Under the pieces are notes generated by a model. It did no database searches. It saw only the letters and a list, made by a program, of their open reading frames with translations, and was not told the DNA's origin. Positions 28,967-38,500 of a DNA stretch of 64,000 nucleotides are shown here, one piece after another (the stretch's first letter is position 1; each line of letters begins with the position of its first letter). Position numbers and translations under genes: made by a program. This DNA comes from Haplodiscus bocki (Eukaryota): assembly GCA_965655095.1 (NCBI GenBank), contig OZ296651.1, positions 20,646,001-20,710,000 of the forward strand, in the 5' to 3' direction.

Positions 28967-29764
28967 TTATGTTCTACAAATAACACATTTTATTATATCA
29001 ATATCACCTTTATCTTGATAACATTCTTCACAATTACACTGATGACCACACTGTTTAAATTTATAATCACTATCACGTTCAAGGCATTTAACACATTTTT
29101 GATTGAAGTTTTTTACAACCTCATTGTTTCCGTCGGTATATTCTAGTTCGTGTATATTATCCTCTTCAACATGCTCTTCAATATACTCTTCAATAATTTC
29201 TTCCATATCACCACACTCCATTTTAAGCCAAGAACTATGGATTCTATTACACTGTAACAACTTTTCAAAACAATCCATTCCTTTTTTACTAAGGTGATAA
29301 TCATATGGATCCAAGCTATCATTTGATGAATTTAATAACACACCTTCCTGAATTTTATCGTTTCCAATAATTTTGTAATGAGTTGATATGAAATATGTAA
29401 ATTTCTCTCCATCCGCGAAAGTGTAAGGAATCATACTATTGCCCATTAAGGATAAATAATCTAGAATTTTATCATCAGTTCTGAATTCGAAAATCTCAAG
29501 TCTTGAAATATAAACGTATTTGCTATCCTCACATTCTAGTAAAATAGTATTACCATCGAAGTTCAAGTTTTTTAGAGCTCCATAAAATTCTGTCGCATGA
29601 CAAACCCTTGATTTACCAACAAATATTTTTTTTGATTGAAAAGAAAAGAATGGTTTGTCAAATTTTTATTTTTCATATTTATAGACGGAGACGTAGGTAT
29701 TTTTGTTTATCACAACTAAATATATAGATCGATATTTATATTGCATCAAGTAAATATCCATCAT
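28967..29764 (-). pseudogene. C3HC4 RING-finger protein (putative E3 ligase) fused to an N-terminal domain resembling an NCLDV hypothetical family; one premature stop
   Basis: C-terminus CVKCLE...QCGHQCNCEEC...KCVICRT fits a RING. The frame extends upstream of the tracked ORF (KKIFVGKSRVCHATEFYGALKNLNFDGNTILL) to ATG 29764 in TAAATG context, with one in-frame TAA. An acidic linker precedes the RING. Confidence 0.75.
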
Positions 29765-30024
29765 TTATTATACAATATTCTATCTTCGAGATTCTCAATT
29801 CTACTATTTTTCATTTTTAATTCTTTATCTAAATCTGTTATTGTTGTACCCATTTTATTTTTCAAGTTTTCAAGAAAAACATTTTGAATCAAAGAATCAT
29901 ATCATATTTTTGATTGATATCTTATGAGGATCTTTTTTAATTAGATTTAATAAATCATCCATTTATCATATGGAGAAAATTAAGATCTTATATAAAATCG
30001 TTTCAAATACTCTCACCCAAATAA

Positions 30025-30222
30025 ATGGACATTGATAATAATCATGAAGTTATTTTTTGTGAATAAGATAGAGAATATAGAGTATACTGTGAGATTTGTG
30101 ATAAACTTTGTATAGAAAGTTATTATACAAATCATTTGAAATCAGGAAATCATAGTTTTATTTTTTATATAAGACCAGATTCAATAATTATTAATTCTGC
30201 TTTGACAAAACCAAAACAATGA
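30025..30222 (+). pseudogene. Small C2H2/U1-like zinc-finger protein with one premature stop
   Basis: Manual translation: MDIDNNHEVIFCE*DREYRVYCEICDKLCIESYYTNHLKSGNH...; CxxC...HxxSxxH spacing; TAAATG start. Confidence 0.55.
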
Positions 30223-30331
30223 TTGAAATACCATCTAAAGCTTACATTGATAGCTTATATGATGAAAATAAACAGTTCTAAAGGGATATAAATCATCAAA
30301 TTTTTCTTTGTTTTCATTAAAGTAAAGGTAT

Positions 30332-30535
30332 GTGATGAATGTTACTGATTACGATAATATGACTGATGATTATAACGATACTTTGTCAAAAAATAATCAT
30401 TGTACAGATAATGAAAATATTGTTGATATAATTATACCATCATTATTACCAACAATACCATGTGGTCTATCATTTTTATGTTTAACGAGTTTGATGGTGT
30501 ATACTTTAATCAAACCTTTCTTCAATAATAAATAA
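30332..30535 (+). CDS. Small viral protein with an acidic/Asn-rich N-terminus and one C-terminal hydrophobic segment
   Basis: 67-aa ORF (IIIPSLLPTIPCGLSFLCLTSLMVYTLI); its stop TAA directly abuts the ATPase ATG. Confidence 0.45.
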   Translation: MMNVTDYDNMTDDYNDTLSKNNHCTDNENIVDIIIPSLLPTIPCGLSFLCLTSLMVYTLIKPFFNNK

Positions 30536-31277
30536 ATGGAGAAACTTTTATATCGAACTCATCCATTTACGTGTATTATAACAAGCCCTTCAGAATGTGG
30601 TAAATCAGTGTTTCTAACAAATTCAATTTTATATATTATATTTGAATATGATAAAATGTATATCAACTCACCAAGTCTTCATCACGATTTATATCAAAAA
30701 TTAACCAAATGTTTTAGTAACTATGTACCTATTAATATAATACCAAATATTCTCAATGAAGAAGATCTAGACGTAGTAATTGAAGAGATAGTTAATAATA
30801 AAGACTTTGAAAAAGCTGATACTGAGCTAGAGACACATGAATCGATAGAAGAATTAAAATTTCTTCAAGAATATTATGATGGTGGCATTTTTAAAGCAGA
30901 CGATCTCAATGAAAAAGAAATGGATGATCCTAGAGTACAAGAAATGTTCTAGCAAACGATCTAGTTACAATAACCTATCTATTTTTATAATCAACCACGA
31001 TTAATATGAACTACCAAAACGAACTAACCGAGTTAATGGAAATATCTATCATATATTCAAACCTAAGAATTTCAGAGATGTTCAAAATCTTTTTCAAGAT
31101 AAAGCTTCAATGGATATGACTCTCAATTATTTCAAATATTTAACTATTACTTGTTGGAATGAAATATATCAACCTCTCACCATAGATATGACTAAAGATC
31201 GAGAACAAGGTCGATATAGATTAGGATTAAATAGTATATTTGTTCCGAATGGCTGTTCTTTTCAAGTTAATAAATGA
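30536..31277 (+). pseudogene. A32/FtsK-HerA-type DNA packaging ATPase, frameshifted
   Basis: Walker A-like IITSPSECGKS and Walker B-like IFKADD. After a frameshift at ~30950 it reads KRSSYNNLSIFIINHD*YELPKRTNRVNGNIYHIFKP...LTIDMTKD...GRYRLGL, matching the A32 arginine-finger/sensor region (RHxNxSxxxxxQ). Confidence 0.88.
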
Positions 31278-32203
31278 GTATTTATTCTAATGTAGCTGAA
31301 CAATATTTAAGTAATCTACGTAACTTAGCAGAATAACAGAAAAATCCACGAGCTCTTAAATGTAAAAATAGAGTATTAAAACAAACTCATGATAGTAAAT
31401 TAGCAGAAAGCCTATCACCTATCACTAAAAAATTAGATGAAGTTAATCAATCCACTAAAAAGAAAAGTGGAGTTATTGAAAAATCAAATTGTGAAAATGG
31501 AAGTAATCAAGAGATAGTTCCTGTTGAAATTGATTCCGACAGTTCTGAGGGTGACAAAACCAAATTTAATATAAAAGCTCTTCCAAACAGTTCCATTTTC
31601 AGTGAATCAATGGCTAAAACATTAGGCAGACTAATGTCTAGTCCCAATTCTTCACAATTGAAACCATCTTCATCTGGTCCAACAATTCTTGAAGTTCCTA
31701 TATATACTCTATATATACTCTAGGTGGTGATAAATTGAGAGAACGTGATAATGATTATGATCCAACTCCAGAAATATATAAAGCCTTATGTTTTACAGGT
31801 TACACCGGTAAATCTATGAAGAATGCAAGTGCTATTTTAAGGATGAATAATTTTTTAATTGATTTAGGTCAACAGGTATTGGTGATAGAGATTCGAAAAG
31901 AAAAACAATTTTAACAAAAACACCTCCAAAATTAGTTGACGAAATTAATAACGAAACTTTTGAAGAAATTACAGACAGCTCCGATGATTTACAAGGAGAC
32001 GGAGTAAAAGTTATCATACCTTCAAACATAGTTGATATCTACACCAGACTCGAAGCCTTACTCGGCTTAAAATTAGCCGGACATAGCGAAGGACTGCCGG
32101 ACTGACAGAAGCAAGCAACATAATCGATGAATTATACAAAAGAGGTGGAATACAAAACAAACAACAATATCGAATTGCTCTTAATAAGTTTCATACTGAA
32201 TAA
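31274..32203 (+). pseudogene. Uncharacterised Polinton-type protein with a coiled-coil-like N-terminus; disrupted
   Basis: Starts MSIYSNV...LAESLSPITKKLDEV. Ends LQGDGVKVIIPSNIVDIYTRLEALLGLKLAGH...EASNIIDELYKRG...ALNKF, resembling from memory the Polinton motif RLxLL...AG...E...IIxEL. Several frameshifts. Confidence 0.55.
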
Positions 32204-32985
32204 ATGGAAATACCAAGTAAAATATTAGAACAAATTGCTCATAATACAAGACCCAAAATAGAAGAATATTTCCTGATTGTCATCGATGAAAGTAGTCATG
32301 AAGAGCATTTATCTCAACCATTACAGACCAGTCATAAACAATTTGAAATCGCAGTCACGTTTCTAACTGGGTACAATGGCGTTTTTAACGTTGTAATTTG
32401 AAATAGTAAATTTTAATTCCTAAAATCTATTACTAATGAAGATGGTTATAGAATAATAACCATTCCACCGTGTGCTTACGAAATAGAATCATTCAACAAT
32501 GAAATCAAGAGGATTATTACTGATGAAGAACATAACACCGAATCAAATTACCCATTTACAATCAAACCAAACTTTTCAACACTTGGATCTATTATACAAA
32601 TATCCACTCAAGGACCAGTAATTACAATCGTACCCGATGATAGTATTAGAGATCTTTTAGGACAACAATATATGAAGAATATAACTTATCACAAAATCCC
32701 GTCGTTATATTATCGTTTGACAGTATTTTTCTCGAATGTGATATCGTTCAGGGAATGATTTTGAAAGGTAGAAGATCTGGAATAATTCATAATTTTAGTA
32801 TGGATGTTGATCCGGGGTACAAATACATAGAAAATTTTCGCGGTGGAGTGCAATGGTTTTTGATGGAAAATAAAGATATTATTTCAAGTATTTCTATCAA
32901 ATTAAAAAATGAGAATAACCAAAAAGTATCATTCAACGGACAATCAATAACATTTAGTTTATCGATCAAAGAAATTTCAACATAG
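32204..32985 (+). pseudogene. Minor capsid protein (penton, single jelly-roll), disrupted
   Basis: Fragments join as ...FEIAVTFLTGYNGVFNV...ITIPPCAYEIESFNNEI...IRDLLG...LSQNPVVILSFDSIFLECDIVQG...IIHNFSMDVDPGYKYIE...ISSISIKLKNENNQKVSFNGQSITFSLSIKEI, a motif pattern typical of Polinton/adintovirus minor capsid proteins. It lies just upstream of the MCP. Confidence 0.8.
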
Positions 32986-32988
32986 TAA

Positions 32989-33144
32989 ATGCCTCGAACA
33001 TTAATAAAATCGAGATTACATCCTAATAAACACATACCTAAAATTAAACAAGAACCGTATAATACTAAACCAGCATTACCCCTACATCTTCAATCACTTA
33101 AACAAAAACTATTATCAGGAAATGGTTTTTTAGTATATAAATGA
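32989..33144 (+). CDS. 51-aa basic, Pro-rich protein; candidate protease-processed core protein (not in the ORF track)
   Basis: MPRTLIKSRLHPNKHIPKIKQEPYNTKPALPLHLQSLKQKLLSGNGFLVYK*. TAAATG start; the stop overlaps the MCP ATG (ATGA). Contains LSGN-G. Confidence 0.55.
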   Translation: MPRTLIKSRLHPNKHIPKIKQEPYNTKPALPLHLQSLKQKLLSGNGFLVYK

Positions 33145-34430
33145 GCTTAGAAGATTTTCAAATATTAGATAAGGAACCAATTGATAATAGCATCATGGAA
33201 AGAGATTTTTTAAAAGTATACCATCAACAAGGGGCACAATTATATCAATCAGATCAAAATATTGAATTTATTTCCGGTGAGAACAACAATAATTATCAAA
33301 TAGGTAATGCTTATTTAGAATTTGATATTATAGTACGGAAAAGTGATACTACGAATTTTCATCGTGAAGATCGTATTCGTTTAGTAAAGAATGGTTTCGC
33401 ATTTTGTTTTAAAGAAGCTCGTTTGTCTACAACAATCGGTGGTGATATTGAACCTAAGAAATTTTGTGGTCAAGTATCTACTATTGTGAGAGTGATATCA
33501 AATAAAGATGATGACCTATTATCTCAATTTGGTAATATTAATGAAAATGATATCCCACTTTTAGAGAGACTTACTGACTTACCACCACAAATTAGAGATA
33601 CACCACATCAAAAAATGTTAATAGATAACCATACTGATCCTAACAATGGTAAATTAAAAGGATATCTAAATTTAGAGGATATCTTTGGATTTTGTAAAAC
33701 TTTTAAAAAAGTAACCAAAAAGTTACGTTTTCACCTTATGCTTAAAAGAGCTAACCTTCAAGATTTTATAGATACATCTATGACTGATGATATAGTTGTA
33801 AATAATAATAATTTGTATCTATATGTACCAAATTTAGTACCATCTGTGGAAACTCATTTACTGTTCAATCAAGCTACTCAAAATAATTACAAGATATCTT
33901 TTGACGATTGGTATACAGAAAGGCGATTAATATCAGATTTATTAGTTGAACACGATATAGGATCGGCCCAACAAGTGAATTCTCCTAAATATTTAATCAG
34001 TGCCCACCAAACAAGTCAGAACAACCACTCTTGATAAAAAATTAATATAGCGATATTTGATAACCTAGATCTTCGAAAATATTATGTTGAGATTGACGGT
34101 CAAAGATATCCTAGAGATAGCTTTCTCATCAATTATGAAGAAAATGATTATATTCCGCAATATAAAAATTTAAAACTATTTTTTGAAGAATATATCAGAG
34201 AAGCAATTTTAAGTCCTCTTATATCATATCCAGACATGAAAACAAAATACCCTATTCAAATGATTGACCTCAGACATCAACCTGATCATATAACATCCAA
34301 AAAAGTTCAACTACTGCAAGAATACGGCACTGATCCTGACAAGGCTAGATTGTTTTTAATCGTCATCAGACGAAAAGAAATAGAATTGATAAGTGATGGG
34401 AATAAATTAATAGAAGTTAAAGTTGTATAA
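33141..34430 (+). pseudogene. Major capsid protein (double jelly-roll, adintovirus hexon-type), with a frameshift near 34030
   Basis: 297-aa ORF with DNSIMERDFLKVY...NAYLEFDI...IRLVKNGFAFCFKEARL...GQVSTI...LNLEDIFGFCKTFKKV...LYLYVP. A second frame continues IAIFDNLDLRKYYVEIDGQRYPRD...YPIQMIDL to the stop at 34430; ~430 codons in total. Confidence 0.85.
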
Positions 34431-34436
34431 ATAACA

Positions 34437-34840
34437 ATGCTTAATTTTAAAGATTTTATGAAAAAATATAAATTAAAAAAAGATACTATGAATGAATCGG
34501 AAATACAGAAATATTATAATCATCCCATATACCCTAGAGATAGTAAGATATATTCAGACAAAGGATTTGTTATTATAGACGATGGTAGTATGAATGGAAC
34601 TCATTGGACGTGTTTCATAATAAAAGACAACAAATAATTTTACTTCGATAGTTTCGGAAGTCAGCCTGATTAGTTTCTACTAAACCAATTACCTAAACCA
34701 ATAATATATCATAATCATAAGTTTCAAGATATGAATTCTGAATTATGTGGTTCATACTGCCTATTTTTTTTTATTCAATTGGTAGAATGATTTATTATGA
34801 TACTATTTCAAAAATGTATTTTGTAAGCGATAAATTATAG
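34437..34840 (+). pseudogene. Adenain/Ulp1-like (clan CE) cysteine maturation protease, with premature stops
   Basis: GTHWTC (His), *FYFDSFG (Asp), FQDMNSELCGSYC (Gln, Cys): the catalytic motifs are in canonical order. Confidence 0.88.
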
Positions 34841-34876
34841 AATTATATGAGTGCGTATAATTATTCTGAATTAAAT

Positions 34877-35291
34877 ATGCCTATCAATGTATTTAGAAAC
34901 TCTTCTCATGATAATAATAATAATTGATACATCTCTATTTGCACAAAAACCATATTTGAGAACAAATTAAATTGAGTCTACTATCGAAGAAGACATTGAC
35001 TTGAAAAATCAATTTAGAAATGAAAATTTATTGATCCTATTAGTATTAGAGAAGCAGCTTCAAAAAATTATGTTGATAATTTATTCAACGATCCTAGTAT
35101 AGTAAAGAACACTGCACATATAGATTTGAATGATAGAAGTATCACTAATGCTAAATTTATTCAAGTTAATCAAATGCCTCAAATTGATAGTCATTCAGCA
35201 ACAAATTTATATGTTGATAACGCTATAGATGAAATATCAGTAGTTAGAAATGATCAAGATAATGATTTTAACAATAGAAACTTAACTGATA
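34877..35291 (+). pseudogene. Fibre/spike-like repeat protein, truncated
   Basis: Repeats DPISIREAASKNYVDN and PQIDSHSATNLYVDNAI (AxxKxYVD-type trimeric stalk motif) alternate with DLKNQF/DLNDRSITN/DFNNRNLT units. Confidence 0.6.
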
Positions 35292-35370
35292 TATAAATAT
35301 ATAAATATAGATAAATATTTATCAGTTAAGTTTTTATTGTTAAAATCATTATCTTGATGATTTCTAACTA
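35241..35370. repeat. Fold-back inverted repeat with 51-bp arms, running into the N gap
   Basis: 35241-35291 tagttagaaatgatcaagataatgattttaacaatagaaacttaactgata is the reverse complement of 35320-35370 with 2 mismatches; the spacer is AT-rich. Confidence 0.9.
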
Positions 35371-35570
35371 NNNNNNNNNNNNNNNNNNNNNNNNNNNNNN
35401 NNNNNNNNNNNNNNNNNNNNNNNNNNNNNNNNNNNNNNNNNNNNNNNNNNNNNNNNNNNNNNNNNNNNNNNNNNNNNNNNNNNNNNNNNNNNNNNNNNNN
35501 NNNNNNNNNNNNNNNNNNNNNNNNNNNNNNNNNNNNNNNNNNNNNNNNNNNNNNNNNNNNNNNNNNNNNN
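35371..35570. other. Assembly gap (200 N)
   Basis: Run of N; true size and adjacency across it are uncertain. Confidence 1.
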
Positions 35571-38500
35571 CATGAAAAATTCCTTTGAGCACACTTCAAC
35601 GAAACGTGGTAGGAGGTATTGTTGCCCATGACTGCGATGTTTAGAAAGTGGTCCCAATGTGGTTGGTCTGGGCTAATGTTATCCGTAGTGTTGGTTTTCA
35701 GTATTTGATGAGTTTGTTTAACCATGGCTATGGTTTTCACGTGCTTTATGTTTTCGTGCTTTTTGCTAATGCTGGCTGTTTCATCGTTTGTTTCAACATT
35801 TTGGCAGTGAAAACTGTGCCTCTGACCGTCAGTATGGCATTCGGTTCTTATGCGTGTCTGGTGGAACTCGATATTGGAGCTATCACGACAGATAGCGCCT
35901 TGGACCGCCTCAAAGGTAACGCAAACATGTACCTTGAGAAAACGTCGAGCGCGGTGAGGATGTGTGTGGAACCGTTGGATAATGGTCCTAGAAGATCGAT
36001 TTCCAACAATTCTTTGGGTCCATTGCTGGGGTCATAGATCTTCTGCAGTCGCGGTTGTAAGTGCTGTTTGGCGATTGGTTCCGACTTGACGCATGTTTGC
36101 CAGTTGTTTATGAACGCTTGTACTCCAGCGGCTAAGTTAGGGCAATTAAATCTCTTTCAGGTGATACAATATCTTTGAACCCGGGTCTCCTTGCACAATG
36201 TCTTAATGCATTGTCAAAATGTCCTTTATACACTCAGCTGGTGTTACTGCTTGTTGGTAAATGACTTTACCCATGTTGTCAACGTGCTTTTTGTACAAAG
36301 TCCTTTTAAGGACCTCTAAGTGTTTTATGTGTTCGTGAAGTTATTAGGAAAACAGGCTTTCAAAGTCCACGTGTGTCCGTCGTGCCAGTTGTTTCAAAAA
36401 AAATTCCCTAGGTTTTCGAATTTCATTAGTGTTTTCCTGGAAGACTTGTAAATTAACCGTATTAAATGGAGTAACGCTGTTCATTGCGCGGGGTGACAAT
36501 AATCTGGTGTTTACAACTTTGATGAAGGTCGCCTTGTCTTCCATCGTTGTTTTCCGATGTCTATCGTCAACGTGTGCTGTCAACTGGTGGACATCGTTTT
36601 CTGTCAGTTTGGGTTGCTGTTGACTTAATGGTTTGTCATCCCGTGTGTTTGACCGATGTTTTCGGATGACTTTGGATGTTTCCATCAGCTTCATTGTGAG
36701 AGTAGTAGTCGGTCTCCTCTTCTTCTTGGTGTGGCAGCTTTGCGGCGACATCAACTTCCAATTGAAACACTAGAAAGGAATCAGTTACTTTCAAATGTAT
36801 TCTATCCTCAAATTGAGCTTTTAGGCGTGACAGGTAATCAGCCACCGGGTTCTCAACCCCGAGAACATGAGCTAAAGAAAAGTGAACTGCAACGTTTGAT
36901 CACCAAAACTCGAATGTTTCAGAAGGATGTGTTTGGCCGAAACAAATCTAGAGAGCGCTTTGTTTTTTGTCGTTTCTATGATAAGTTTTTTGTTTCCCCA
37001 CAAGATGTGTCTAAACTTATCAAAAACTAAATGCATGGCTAAAAATTTTTCTGCGTACACTGTTAATGACATTTGCCCTGTGGTCAAATTTTCGACCCAA
37101 GTGTAGACGGTGCGAACTTGCTAGTCTCTATTATTCTCTTCATCTGTGTAGTCATCGATTAGAAGGACATAACCAGCTGCGTGTTCACTTGCATCATACA
37201 TGAATACTAATTGTTTTTCCAGTAGAAGAAATCTTAAAGACACTTTTGATACTTTCAACAGGCACTTCTCAATCTCAAAAGTCGCGTCACTATGTTGTTG
37301 TGTATCCTTGTAAGGAATATCTTTTCGTAGCAGTAAATGTAACGGAACTATTTATCGGCACGTCTAGGAATGTACATCCTAAACAGTGGTGTATTGTTTC
37401 GACACTACTCGGTTATTTTAAAATTTTCAGACATTTTGAGATCCGTTTTCCGATGGGTGCAATTTCTGCTGTGGAGATGGCCTATCCTAAAAATCCAATC
37501 GAAAGTATACGAAACTGACATTTTTCATTGGACGCTTTGACACTTTCTTTTTTATGTTGGTGAAACACGAGGTCAAGGTTTTCCATCACTCCTGCTGCGG
37601 TGTGGGCCGCTACACCCATGTTATCTACATGATGCCCGTATCCATTCACTTTCACTACAGGGCCCAAGTATTGACTAATTACATTAATAAATGCTGACAA
37701 AAAACTACTTAAACCTTGAGCTAAACGTTTTTGGGAAAAGCTCTTGTACTAAAATTAAAGAAGAGCAACTGTACTGACTGCTCATCTGCCACCTGTATGT
37801 AGTGGTAGGCTTGAGAGCAGTCTAGTTTACAGATGTACTTCTTCCTGGCCATGCGCTTTGCGGTGTTTGAGATCGTTCCATCAGGTGGTGGTACTCTCCA
37901 AAGTCGTGTTTCATCAAGTGGTTGAGTCGACGTAAGTCAACCAAAAACCTGATCATAGCGTTCAGTTTGCGCTGAGCAAACATCGGTCACGAGTTTTTTC
38001 TGAAAGGAAGGGTGATTATAAACCCGTAATCTTGCATCTGTTCAAGTTGAAACAACAGATTGTCCTTCAAATTTGTTGGAAACGGGAGACTTTGCCATAA
38101 AAGTGGTTTTTCTTGTTGTGGTGTTGAGGTAACTTTGAACTCTGTGTTTTTACTTATGTCTAAACGATGCCTAGCAAAAATTGAATAATACTGTATTAAC
38201 AGAGCTGCACTCTGGTTTTCTCGGCCGCATTGAGTAATGATTCATCTCAAGTGATCTCTGACAAAAACTCTTTTGTCGGTTTCAACTGCTCTTTGCCTCG
38301 GAGAATGATGATCTCATCGTTGAAACGTCTCTGTTCTGTTGAGTTTGGTTGGATAATCATGCGTCTCCGGAGTCGCGTACCGTCATTTGACATCGTTTTC
38401 CGTATTTTTGTGGAACAACTGACTCAGAATGTGTTCACACTCCTCTGAGTGGTTGTTCATGAGCAGCACGTGCGCGTGTTCGCTGTTGTTGCGGGGTCAT

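Larger units (their letters stand above)
28117..35370. mobile_element. Degenerate endogenous Polinton/Maverick (adintovirus-like) fragment containing the virion morphogenesis module
   Basis: AT-rich, intronless, abutting genes in the order ATPase, unknown, minor capsid, small basic protein, major capsid, adenain-type protease, fibre-like. Most carry stops or frameshifts. No PolB or integrase in the window; truncated at the N gap. Confidence 0.9.

Noticed and set aside
35282-35740. ORFs spanning N runs (also 52448-52973)
   Set aside because: Artefacts of translating through assembly gaps.
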